NCBI GenBank assembly: GCA_963702425.1
Contig: CAVPCQ010000032.1
Coordinates: 169,901-233,900 of the forward strand
Length of the DNA stretch: 64,000 nucleotides
Reading direction: 5' to 3'
From: an uncultured Acidobacteriota bacterium
GTDB lineage: Bacteria > Acidobacteriota > Polarisedimenticolia > J045
Numbering within the stretch: the first letter of the stretch is position 1; the number at the start of each line of letters is the position of its first letter. Positions 19,937 through 31,026 of this stretch are shown in pieces. The position numbers and the translations under genes are program-made. The notes beneath the pieces were generated by a model. The model was not told the DNA's origin. It saw nothing but the letters and a program-made list of their open reading frames with translations, and searched no databases.

Positions 19937-21050
19937 TTACAGCCAGCGGCGGGTCCGGAACCAGAGGTACATCCCGAGCGCCGCGGCCGCCATCAGGCCG
20001 AGCGCTCCGTACCAGCCCGAGACCTGCTCCTTCCCGGGGAACAGGACGTTCATCCCGCCGACGCTGGCGATGAAGGTCATCGGCATGAAGATCGTGCTGA
20101 TCAGGGTCAGGGCCTTCATCACCTCGTTCAGCTTGAGGCTGACGGCGTTCAGGTAGAGGTCGTGCACGGTGCCGACGACGTCCCGCAGGTTCTCCAGCAT
20201 GTCGATCAGCTGGATCGTGTGATCGTAGATGTCGCGGAAGTAGATTCGGGATTCGGGGCGCAGAAGCGCCGCTCTCGCCCCGCTCGAGCCAGGAGATGAC
20301 CTCGCGCATCGGCCAGACGGTCCGGCGCATCTCGATCAGCGAGCGCTTCATCGCCAGCACGCTCTCGATCGTCTCACGACTTGGATCGGAGAGGACCCGG
20401 TCCTCGAGGTCCTCGAGCTTGACGCCCAACTGCTCCGTGATGACGAAGTAGTTGTCGACGATCGTATCGAGCAGCCGGTACATGAGGTAATCGACGCTTC
20501 TCTGGCGCGCCTGGGCCTGACCCTGCGCGATGCGCGACGCGATCCCGCCGAACAACGTCGGCTGCTGCTCTTCGAAGGTGATCAGCCAGTCCTTCCCGAG
20601 CACGAAGCTGACCTGCTCGGCCACCACCTCGCCCGACTCCGCGTCGAGTGACAGGTTGCGGACCACGACGAAGAGATAGTCGCCGTAGTCGTCGCACTTG
20701 GGGCGCTGGCCGACGTTGACGATATCTTCGACGACCAGCGGGTGCAGGCCGAACATCTCCGCCACCTTCTGGATCTGCGCGACATCGTGCACCCCGTCGA
20801 TGCAGATCCAGCTCGGCCGCCCCGAGTCGCGGAACCGGGGAAGATCGGACGGCTTGACGTCCGCGTGGAGCGATGCCGTCGCGGTGTCGTAGTCGAGGAC
20901 GCTGATCCGGATCGGGCGCGCGACCTCGGCCCCGGTGTAGACGGGGGTGCCGGGGGGGAGTCCGGCCTTCTGCGCGCGGTGGCCCCGGGCAGCTTTGCGA
21001 CGGCGTCGGCTCACGGCCGGATTATCGCCGTGTCCAGTTTGACGGTCCAC
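19937..21050 (-). CDS. corA: Mg/Co transporter CorA (frameshift near 20250)
   Basis: [20 protein letters not shown]; C-terminal frame has NEVMKALT and GMN. Confidence 0.9.
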
Positions 21051-21107
21051 GGGGGCTCCCGGAGAATGGGGCGGTCCCAGTCCACACGCTCACCGGAGGA
21101 GAGACCG

Positions 21108-21524
21108 ATGGCTCAGCTCAAGGGGTCCAGGACCCACCAGAACCTCAAGGACGCGTTCGCCGGGGAGTCCCAGGCCAACCGCCGCTACCTCTACTTCGCC
21201 AAGCAGGCCGACATCGAGGGCTACCCCGAAGTTTCCGGGCTGTTCCGCGACACCGCGGAGGGCGAGACCGGCCACGCCCACGGCCACCTCGACTACCTGA
21301 GAAAGGTCGGCGATCCCGCGACCGACCTGCCGATCGTCGGCGTCGACGAGATGCTCAAGTCGGCCGTCGCGGGCGAGACCCACGAGTACACCGACATGTA
21401 CCCGGGGATGGCCAAGACCGCCCGCGAGGAAGGCTTCGCCGAGATCGCGGACTGGTTCGAGACGCTGGCCAAGGCCGAGCGCTCGCACGCCGGCAAGTTC
21501 CAGAAGGCCCTCGGTACGATCTGA
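21108..21524 (+). CDS. rbr: Rubrerythrin, short form without rubredoxin domain
   Basis: [37 protein letters not shown]. Confidence 0.95.
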   Translation: MAQLKGSRTHQNLKDAFAGESQANRRYLYFAKQADIEGYPEVSGLFRDTAEGETGHAHGHLDYLRKVGDPATDLPIVGVDEMLKSAVAGETHEYTDMYPGMAKTAREEGFAEIADWFETLAKAERSHAGKFQKALGTI

Positions 21525-21609
21525 TCCACCGCACCGCGCACGACGGATCCGCGGGGCGGCGCACGGCGCCGCCCCGCTCACCCGCCACCCGTCTTTGGGA
21601 GGCCCTCCG

Positions 21610-22989
21610 ATGAGTGACGCGAAGGACCTGGACCCGATCCGCTACGCCCCGACCGACGGCCTGACCTACAACCCGAACGAGGCCCGGTACTGGGACCCGT
21701 CCGCGCTGCAGCAGGAGGTCGACCGGATCTACGACCTCTGCCACGGCTGCCGGATGTGCTTCAAGTTCTGCCAGTCGTTCCCGACGCTCTTCGAGGCGGT
21801 CGACACGCACGGCGACGTGCGACGGCTCCCGGCCGCAACCCACCGCCGGATCGTCGACGAGTGCTTCCAGTGCAAGCTGTGCTACTCGCAGTGCCCCTAC
21901 ACCGAGGCCGAAGGCCACGAATTCAAGGTCGACTTCCCGCGCCTGATGCTGCGCGCCAAGGCGATCCGCGTCCGCAAGGAGGGGCTGGGGCTGCGCGAGA
22001 AGCTGCTCTCCGACCCCGACCGGATCGGGAAGCTGGGCGGTCTCATGCCCGGGCTCGCCAACTGGGGCAACCGCTTCCGGCCCAACCGGATCGCGATGGA
22101 GCTGGTCGGCGGGATCCACCGCGACAAGCTCCTGCCGCCGTTCGAGAGCCCGAGCTTCCCCGAGTGGGTCAAGCGGCAGAAGGGCGGTGCGGCCGAGACC
22201 GCGGGCGGGTCGCACCCGGTCGTGCTCTTCGCGACCTGCTTCGTCAACTGGAACCGCCCTGCCATCGGCAAGGCGGCCCTGGCGGTGCTCGAGCACAACG
22301 ACTGCAAGGTCGCCTGCCCGGACCTTCCGTGCTGCGGCATGCCGGCCCTCGACGCCGGCGACATCGCGCTGGCGAAGAGCAAGGCGAAGCGCAACGTCGA
22401 GGCGCTGCTCCCCTGGGTCCAGCGCGGCTACCGCGTCGCGGTCGTCAACCCGACCTGTTCGCTGATGATGAAGAGCGAGTACCCGGAACTGCTCGACGAC
22501 CCGGCCGACCGGCCGCTGGCCGACGCCGCGAAGCAGGTCGCGGCCGCGACCCGCGACCTGGGCGAGTTCCTGTTCGAGCTGCACAAGGACGGCCAATTCA
22601 GGACCGACTTCAAGTCGACGCCCGGCGGCCCGGTCGCGTACCACGCGCCGTGCCATCTGCGGCAGCAGGCGGTCGGCTTCCGCAGCCGCGACCTGATGCG
22701 CCGCATCCCCGGCGTGCAGCCGCGCCTGGTCCAGGAGTGCTGCGGCCACGACGGGACCTGGGCGATGAAGAAGGAGTGGTTCGAGCTGTCGCTCAAGAAC
22801 GGCCAGAAGGCGTTCGACGGGATGAAGGAGGCGGGCGCCGAGATCTGGACCTCCGACTGCCCGCTGGCCGCGATCCAGTTCGAGCAGGCCTGCGGCCGGG
22901 CGGTGCTCCACCCGGTCGAGGTGCTGGCCCGCGCCTACCGCGAGGACGGGTTCCCCGAGAAGGTCACCCCCGAGAGTCCGGCCCCCTGA
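21610..22989 (+). CDS. Rubrerythrin-associated Fe-S oxidoreductase (GlpC/HdrD-like, CCG domains)
   Basis: CHGCRMCFKFC, CFQCKLCYSQC and two CCG motifs. Confidence 0.92.
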   Translation: MSDAKDLDPIRYAPTDGLTYNPNEARYWDPSALQQEVDRIYDLCHGCRMCFKFCQSFPTLFEAVDTHGDVRRLPAATHRRIVDECFQCKLCYSQCPYTEAEGHEFKVDFPRLMLRAKAIRVRKEGLGLREKLLSDPDRIGKLGGLMPGLANWGNRFRPNRIAMELVGGIHRDKLLPPFESPSFPEWVKRQKGGAAETAGGSHPVVLFATCFVNWNRPAIGKAALAVLEHNDCKVACPDLPCCGMPALDAGDIALAKSKAKRNVEALLPWVQRGYRVAVVNPTCSLMMKSEYPELLDDPADRPLADAAKQVAAATRDLGEFLFELHKDGQFRTDFKSTPGGPVAYHAPCHLRQQAVGFRSRDLMRRIPGVQPRLVQECCGHDGTWAMKKEWFELSLKNGQKAFDGMKEAGAEIWTSDCPLAAIQFEQACGRAVLHPVEVLARAYREDGFPEKVTPESPAP

Positions 22990-22999
22990 GGACGTCCCG

Positions 23000-23581
23000 A
23001 TGCCGACGATCGACCGCCGCGAAATCCTCGACCGCGAGAGCTACGAGCAGGCCCGGCCCGACGTGCGTCGCCGCGTCATGATGGCCAAGGACCGGCGCCG
23101 CGTCCTGGTCGGCGAGCACTGCTCGGTCCACTTCGAGAGCCGCGAGACGATGCTCTACCAGGTGCACGAGATGCTGCGCGCGGAGGGCTCCTGGGACCGC
23201 AGCGGAGCGGTAGACGACGAGCTGGAGGCCTACAACCCGCTCGTTCCGGGATCGGGCGAGCTGTCGGCAACCGTGATGTTCGAGTACGAGACGGCCGCGG
23301 AGCGGGCGGTCTTCCTGCCGCGGCTCGTCGGGATCGAGCGCCACCTGGCGCTGAAGATCGGCGACACGCCACCGGTCCTGGCCCGCTTCGACCGCGGCCA
23401 GATCGACGAACACAAGGTCTCGTCGGTGCAGTACGTCCGGTTCCCGCTGACGGACGAACAGCGGCGGCTGCTCAGGGAGGACGGGACGGTCGTGCGGCTC
23501 GTGCTCGACCATCCCGCCCTGCAGGGACAGGCCGTCGTCGGCGAGGCGACGCGGCGCGAAATCATGAACGACCCGGACTGA
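23000..23581 (+). CDS. DUF3501 family protein
   Basis: FESRETMLYQVHEMLRAE, ELEAYNPL, KVSSVQYVRF; conserved rbr operon context. Confidence 0.9.
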   Translation: MPTIDRREILDRESYEQARPDVRRRVMMAKDRRRVLVGEHCSVHFESRETMLYQVHEMLRAEGSWDRSGAVDDELEAYNPLVPGSGELSATVMFEYETAAERAVFLPRLVGIERHLALKIGDTPPVLARFDRGQIDEHKVSSVQYVRFPLTDEQRRLLREDGTVVRLVLDHPALQGQAVVGEATRREIMNDPD

Positions 23582-23600
23582 CGACCGGGCCCACACAACG

Positions 23601-24215
<615 letters not shown>

Positions 24216-24230
24216 GGTCCGGATCCTCCT

Positions 24231-24258
24231 GTTGCAAGAAAATAGAAACTAGTTAATC
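24231..24258 (-). promoter_or_regulatory. AT-rich promoter/operator region upstream of sodA
   Basis: gttgcaagaaaatagaaactagttaatc in a very GC-rich background. Confidence 0.35.
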
Positions 24259-24355
24259 GCGCGATGCCTCTTGCGCGCGCGGCGAAGCCGCGAGATTTCA
24301 ACGCTATCGCAGGGTGAGAGGTGCCGCCAGTCAGCGAGTGCGCGTCGCGCGCGGC

Positions 24356-25036
24356 TCAGGCGTGCAACTGCAGGATCTGCGTCTCACCGACACGGGCGCT
24401 TTCGACCGCGGGCTCGCACGGGACGGCGATCACGTCCAGCCGCGAGCACCCGGTATCGGGCCGGTAGTTGCGGCCCGGGTCGGCGATCAGGACTTCGATC
24501 CCCTGCCCCACCAGCGCGCGCAGCCACGGGGTGACACGCGCCGCCATCGGGCCCTCGTAGAGGATGTCGCCGCCGAGCACCAGGTCGATCCCGTGGAGCT
24601 CCCGTCCGATCCAGTCCGCCGTGACGACCTCGATCACCGCCGTCGGCGCGAGCGCGCCGCGCGCGACGTTGAGCTCGACATTCAGCGCCATCGCCGCGCA
24701 CGCGACCGGATCGATGTCGGTCGCGATGACCGACGCCGCGCCGGCACGCGCCGCCGCGATCGCGACGACTCCCGAGCCGGAGCCGAAGTCGAGCACGCGC
24801 CGGCCGCGCACGATCTCGGGTCGATCGAGCAGGTAGCGCGCCATCGCCTGGCCGCCCGCCCACGGCGTCGCCCAGTAGGGGGGCGGCGGCGCCGGCAGCC
24901 CGACCAGCGCGTTGCGGCACAGGCTCTCCCATAGTCCGGTGAAATCGGAAGACTGGTAGACCTCGATCTCCGGCACGATCGGCACCGGCGCCGCGCGGGC
25001 GTTGGCGAGCACGAAGGCGCGGAGGTCTGCGGTCAC
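24356..25036 (-). CDS. Class I SAM-dependent protein methyltransferase (PrmA/METTL20-like)
   Basis: [37 protein letters not shown]. Confidence 0.88.
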   Translation of the reverse strand: MTADLRAFVLANARAAPVPIVPEIEVYQSSDFTGLWESLCRNALVGLPAPPPPYWATPWAGGQAMARYLLDRPEIVRGRRVLDFGSGSGVVAIAAARAGAASVIATDIDPVACAAMALNVELNVARGALAPTAVIEVVTADWIGRELHGIDLVLGGDILYEGPMAARVTPWLRALVGQGIEVLIADPGRNYRPDTGCSRLDVIAVPCEPAVESARVGETQILQLHA

Positions 25037-25123
25037 GAATCTCCCCGGCGCCGGTCGGGATCGGCGACGCCACGTCTATACTGCCTGAACCTTGGCCGAA
25101 GGCGAACGGAGGCAGGACGGACC

Positions 25124-25943
25124 GTGGCGACCTACGCGATCGGTGACATCCAGGGATGCTGGGACGCGCTGCAGCGCCTGCTGTCCCGGATCGGGTTCGA
25201 TCCATCGCGGGACCGGCTCTGGATCGTGGGCGATCTCGTCAATCGCGGGACCGGATCGATCGAGGTGCTGCGCTGGGCGCGCGACCTCGGCGATCGCGCG
25301 GTCGTCGTGCTCGGCAACCACGACCTGCACCTGCTCGGGCGGGCGCTCGGCGTGACGACGGGCGCGCGCCGTCGACACGCTCGACGAGGTGCTCGCGGCG
25401 CCCGATCGGGGCGACCTGCTGGCGTGGCTCCGGACCCGGCCGCTGGCGCACCGCGAGGGGCGCTTCCTGCTGGTCCACGCGGGGCTGCTGCCGCAGTGGT
25501 CCTCGATCGACGCGCTCGCGGCGGCGCGGGAGCTGGAGACGGTCCTGCGCGGACCGGACGACGCGGCGGCCGCGCTCCTGTCGCGGCTCCACGCGAAGGA
25601 GGCTCCCCTCCCCGGCGCGGCACACGACGACGCGCAGCGCCGCGAGCTGGCACTCGCCGCGCTGGTGCGCATCCGGTGCATCGACCCGCGCACCGGTGCG
25701 CTCGCGCTGCGCTACAAGGGGCCGCCCGACGAGGCGCCCGATGGGCTCGTCGCCTGGTACGACGCGCCGACCCGGCGCGAGCGCGACGTCACGGTGATCT
25801 GCGGCCACTGGTCCGCGCTGGGCCTGCGGATCCGGCCGGACCTGGTCGCCATCGACACCGGTTGCTGGCTGGGGCGGTCGCTGACGGCGTACCGGATCGA
25901 GGATGGGTCGGTGTTCCAGGTGGAGGCGCTGCGCGACCCGTAG
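25124..25943 (+). CDS. apaH: Symmetrical Ap4A hydrolase ApaH (frameshift near 25370)
   Basis: [25 protein letters not shown]; second frame has VHAG, GHWSALG, DTGC. Confidence 0.92.
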
Positions 25944-26055
25944 GGGCCGGCCTCCGTGCCGGCCCGAACGATGCGTGGCGGGTTTCGGGCCGGCACGGAG
26001 GCCGGCCCGAACGATGCGTGGCGGGTTTCGGGCCGGCACGGAGGCCGGCCCCTAC
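25940..26055. repeat. REP cluster (family A) with a 43-bp tandem duplication
   Basis: gtaggggccggcctccgtgccggcccg + 2x(aacgatgcgtggcgggttt cgggccggcacggaggccggccc) ending cctac. Confidence 0.9.
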
Positions 26056-26102
26056 ACATCGCTGATAGACGCGAGGAGAATGCGGCAATCTGGAGGGCGG
26101 TC

Positions 26103-29100
26103 ATGGATCGTCAGCAGCCGATCGGAGTGTGCGTTTCCCTGTTCGCAGTCCTTCTCTCCTGCTCCATGGCGTTCGCTGACGAGATCGGCCCCCCCGGAGC
26201 CAAGCTGATGGGCGACCTGCCCGCGGTGCTCGAGGCCGCGGGATCTGGGGACCGGATCCCGGTCTACTTCGTGCTCGCCGACCAGCTCGAGGGGGACGCG
26301 CTGCGCGCGCGGGTCGCCGCCCTCACCGCCGGGGCCGCGCCGCCGGCCGGCGCCGCGGGCAAGGCCGCGCGCCGCCAGGCCACCGTGAGCGCGCTGCGCG
26401 AACACGCCGCGCAGGCGCAGGCCGGACTGCTGGCCGCGCTCCGCGCGCTCGAAGCGCAGGGCGCCGCCGCGCGCGTCCGCCCGCTCTGGATCGGCAACGT
26501 CGTCGGCGCCGACCTGGCGCCGGACGCGGTCCGCGCGCTCGCGGCGCGGCCGGAGGTCGTGCGCGTCAACTGGAATCCCAAGCGCGACGTCTTCCTCGGC
26601 GCCCGCGCGAGTTCCGGACCGAGCCGCCGCGCCGGCCGGCTGGCGCGCCCGCTACGGCCTGTCGCCGCTGGCGCCGGCCGGGACCGATGGTCCGGGCATC
26701 GACGCCCTCGAGTGCGGCGTGGTCAAGATGCGCGCACCCGAGGTCTGGAACGAGCTGGGCAACACCGGGGCCGGGGCCGTGATCGCGGTGATCGACACCG
26801 GCGTCTGCTGGACCCACCCCGACATCGCGAACCAGATCTGGGTCAATCCGGGCGAGGACCTCAATCACAACGGCGTCGTGATGGACGCCGCCGACATGAA
26901 CGGCGTCGATAACGACGGCAACGGCTTCATCGACGACCTGATCGGCTGGAACTTCGACCTCAACACCAACCAGCCGACCGACGAGAACTCGCACGGCTCG
27001 CACTGCGCCGGGACGATCGCGGGCGACGGGACCGGCGGGAGCCAGTCCGGGATGGCGCCGGACGCGAAGATCATGGCGGTGCGGGTCGGGGTCAACTTCT
27101 CGGACGAGGTCGACGTCTGGAACGCGATGCAGTATGCGGCGGCCAACGGCGCCGACGCGATCTCGATGAGCCTGGGCTGGCCGCACGGCCAGAACCCGGA
27201 CCGGCCGGACCTGGCGCACGAACTGCGAGAACACGATCAACGCCGGGACGGCGATGGTGATCGCGGCCGGCAACGAAGGCCAGGGCGCGGAGCCGGACAA
27301 CGTCCGCACACCGGGCGACGTGCCGCGGGTGATCACGGTCGGGGCGACCGACTGCAGCGACGTCGCGGCGGGGTTCTCGTCGCGCGGGCCGGTGACCTGG
27401 CAGGGAATCGCGCCGTGGAACGACTGGCCCTGGCCCCCGGGCCTGGTCAAGCCGGACATCTCGGCGCCGGGCGTGGACACACTGAGCCACAACGTCTGCA
27501 CGGGCTACTCGTACAAGTCGGGGACCTCGATGGCCACCCCGCACGTGGCCGGCGCGGTGGCGCTGATCGTGGCCGCCAACCCCGGCCTCGCGCACGACGA
27601 CATCAAGGCGCTGCTGGAAGACACTTCGGTCGATCTCGGCGAGCCGGGCAAGGACAACACCTACGGCACCGGGCGCGTCGACGCCTACGCGGCCGTCACG
27701 AACGCCGCCAATTCCGACGGCCGCATCGCGATCAAGGAAGCCGCGATCGGCTGCGCGTCCCTGCTCAACCTGACGCTGACCGACAGCGACCTCGCGAGCC
27801 AGGGAACCGCCGGCGTGAAGGTCGCTTCGACCCGCGAGCCGGCCGGCGAGACCGTTGCTCTGACGGAGACGCGCCCGGGATCCGGCGTCTTCAAGGGCGC
27901 GATCGAGGTCGCCTCCGGCGATCCGGTCGCCGACGGCCGGATCCAGGTCCACCCCGCCGACACGATCACCGCGACGTACCTCGACGCCGACGATGGCAAC
28001 GGGGGCGTCAACGTGCCCAAGTCCGATACCGCTGCGGTGGACTGCGTAGCCCCGGCGATCAGCTCGAGCCGGGCCACCGACATCACCGACACGAGAGCCG
28101 TCATCCGCTGGACGACCGACGAGTCGTCCGACAGCCGGGTCCGCTACGGCGCCGTGCCCCCCCCGTCCCAGGAGGCCTCCGGCTCCGCGGGGGTGACCGA
28201 GCACGCGGTGACGCTGACCGGTCTTGCGGCCTGCACCGTCTACTTCTTCGAGGTCGCCAGCGCGGACGGGCTGGGCAACGGCGCCATCGACGACAACGCG
28301 CACAACTGGTTCCGCTTCGAAACCTACGGCAACTTCCCGGACATCGGCGTTGCGCCGTGCCACGCCGGCCAGGTGCGGATCGAACGGCCGACCTACGCGT
28401 GCAGCGGCCCGATGCTCGTCTCGGTGACCGACCTCGACCTCAACCAGGACCGCGATGCCGTCGAGACCGCTCGGGTCCGCGTCTCCTCGACGACCGAACC
28501 GGGCGGCGAGTGGGCCACCGTGACCGAGGTCTCCGCGAACAGCGCGCGGTTCGAGGGACCGGTGACGCTCTCGGGCGCCCCCGCCGCCACCGGCGACGGG
28601 CTGCTCCAGCTCGCCCACGGCGACCTGATCACCGCGACCTACGCCGATGCCGATGACGGGCTCGGGCAGCTCGCTTTCCCATCCTTCACGAGCCGCGCCG
28701 ACTGCGCCGCGACCCGCGCGGTGCAGGTGCGCATCGCCTGGCTGTCCAACACGCGCGCCGTCGTCGCGTGGGACACCGCGGAGCCGGCCAGCTCGCGGGT
28801 GGAGTTCGGCCCCACCGCGGCGCTCGGCCAGGTCGAGCAGGACGCCGCGCTCGTGACGCAGCACGCCGTCGCGATCGCCGGTTTCGCCGAGTGCGCGCGG
28901 ATCCACTTCCGGGTGGGAGGCTCGGACGCCTACGGGAACGGCTTCACGGTCGACGCCGGCGGCGTGCCGTTCGCGCTCAACGCCAACCGGATCCCGGGGG
29001 TCTACTACTACGACGGCTTCGAGACCGACACCGGCTGGGTCCGCGGAAACGAGTGGGAGATCGGCGCGCCGCAGGGCAAGGGCGGCGGCCCCGGGGGCAA

Positions 29101-30128
29101 TCCCGATCCGACCCGCGCATTCAGCGGGGCCGGAGTGCTGGGGACCGACCTGACCGGCCGCGGCGCGAACCCGGGGAACTACGAGCCGGACGCCGGAAAC
29201 GGTGCGGCCTCGCCCTACTTCACCTGCAACCCGTGCCAGCACTCGACGCTGATCGTGCGCCGCTGGCTGAACGTGGAAGGGACGTACGACGACGCGCGGA
29301 TCTCGCTACTCACGCCGGGGAAGAACGACACGATCTGGAGCAACGGCACCGTCTTCGTCCGCGACTCGTCCTGGGTCGAGCAGCGCTACGACATCTCCGC
29401 GTACCTCGACGGCAAGCCGGCGGCGCAACTGCGCTTCACGATCACCGCCAACTCCAGTACGCAGCACAGCGGCTGGAACGTCGACGAGGTGATCATCAAG
29501 GATGGATCTCTCCCCGACTACGCCGCCTGCGGGAGCTGCAGCGGCGCGCCGTCTTTCGCGGGGCTCGAGACGGTGCGGGACGCGGCACCCTGCGCGGGCG
29601 GCGGATTGACGCTGACGTGGCAGCCGGCCGCCGCGTGGGGCTCCGGAGCCGCGGGGCTGTACAACGTCTATCGCGGCACGACGTCCGACTTCGTTCCGGG
29701 TCCGGCCACCCGGATCGCGACCGGCGTCGCGGGGACCTCCTTCGCCGACGACGCCGCGCCGGTCGGGCAGCCCGTCTGGTACGTCGTCCGAGCCGAGAAC
29801 GCGGAGGTCGTGCGGGAGCGGCCCGTCGGGCGGCGTCGAGGAGCAGAACCTCGTGCGGATCTCCGGCACCGAGACCGTCAGCCGGCCCGAGCCGGGCACG
29901 ATCGAGGGCAGCCTCCGCGCGGAGCCGGTCAACCACGCGCACCTGCGCCTGTCCTGGAGCTCCGTACCGGACGCCGTCGGCTACCGCGTGCAGCGCGGCC
30001 AGCGCGCCGACCTGGCGGACGCCATCCTGCTCGGCGAGACGGCGGGGACGATGTTCGAGGACGCGGGGGCGCTGACCGACCTCAAGACCTACTTCTACCG
30101 CGTGACGGCGGTCGGAGCCTGCAACTGA
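26103..30128 (+). CDS. Large secreted S8 serine protease with duplicated Ig/FN3-like modules (frameshifts about 26600-26700, 27205, 29810)
   Basis: Prodomain; VIDTG, HGSHCAG, AAGNEG, SGTSMATPHVAG; C-terminal FN3-like domain ending YFYRVTAVGACN. Confidence 0.88.
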
Positions 30129-30133
30129 GGAAT

Positions 30134-30204
30134 CGGGGGCAGCAAACGTAAGTCGTTCAGTCGCGTGATTCGGGCGACTAACCGACTAACGGTTGCTGTC
30201 CCCG
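30134..30204. repeat. Palindromic repeat family B, copy 1
   Basis: cgggggcagcaaacgtaagtcg ... cgactaacggttgctgtccccg; similar to 45034-45128. Confidence 0.75.
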
Positions 30205-30211
30205 GTACTGC

Positions 30212-30378
30212 CTAGTGTCACGTAACCGAAGTCATGTTAACGCCGGGGCGGCCTGGCAAGCCGATGGCTGCGTTGCTCCTCCTTGCTGTACGGTTCAGTA
30301 CAGCGGCGTCGTCGCGCCTTGCCCTCGGCTTGCCATCCTCGCCCAGTCATTAACCTGACTTCGGTTACGTGACACTAG
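30212..30378. mobile_element. 167-bp MITE with 29-bp terminal inverted repeats bounded by CTAG
   Basis: ctagtgtcacgtaaccgaagtcatgttaa vs reverse complement of 30350-30378 (one mismatch); internal palindrome ggcaagccga...tcggcttgcc. Confidence 0.8.
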
Positions 30379-30782
30379 CGGCCGCCATCCCCGTGGCCGA
30401 CCCCCCAGAAGTTGACCGTGTCCTCGTCGATGTGCTCGCCGTACGACTTCACCTCCTCGTCGGTGATGAAGTAGGTGGCGTGGTGCCCGTAGATGCGGGA
30501 GAAGACGACCGTCCCCTCGTGCCCGGGTCCGGTTGCGTAATGGATCTCGGCCATCGTCCGATCGCGGCGTGAGGTCAGGTCCTTGCCGCACAGCGGGCAG
30601 TGGAAACGGACCATCGACTTCTTCTTCAGCTTGAACCCCTCCGGAATGATGCAGTCGTAGTTCCCCGGCTGGGGACTGAAGAGCATCAGGCCGCGGTGAC
30701 TCTCGTGGTCGGCGCGCAGGATGATCTTGACGTTCGGATTCAGGACCCCGTCGCAGTGCGGGCAACTGTAGTTCCGTCGCAT
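30375..30782 (-). CDS. Small hypothetical protein with two CxxC knuckles (probable Zn-binding)
   Basis: YSCPHC and FHCPLC; high-GC3 codon usage. Confidence 0.75.
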   Translation of the reverse strand: MRRNYSCPHCDGVLNPNVKIILRADHESHRGLMLFSPQPGNYDCIIPEGFKLKKKSMVRFHCPLCGKDLTSRRDRTMAEIHYATGPGHEGTVVFSRIYGHHATYFITDEEVKSYGEHIDEDTVNFWGVGHGDGGR

Positions 30783-31026
30783 GGCGTCTCCCGGCCCGCG
30801 CTCCGGCCCGCCGGCGGCGGGTCCGGTCGCCCGGCGGAGTCAGAGGTTAGCGCACGCTTCTCTTTCCGGAAAGGAGGGGCGCGGTCCGCGGCGGCGGTCC
30901 GGAGCCTCGGTTCGGCCCCGTCCGTCTCGTTGCGGGGAGGTCCGACCGCGGGACAGCCGCCCCGGCGGACTTACATTCGACGCTGAGATCGTTCCAGCGC
31001 GCCGGGGAGCGCGCGAGGGTGACCTG

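Noticed and set aside
18528-21050. 840-aa CorA-TolC fusion ORF
   Set aside because: Artefact of the corA frameshift; TolC has its own ATG and signal peptide at 19859
25940-26055. Possible mini CRISPR array
   Set aside because: Spacers are identical, the first arm is inverted, the unit matches dispersed REPs and no cas genes are present
30134-30378. Integron attC sites suggested by TAAC/GTTA motifs
   Set aside because: No integrase or cassette array; motifs are explained by MITE and palindrome arms
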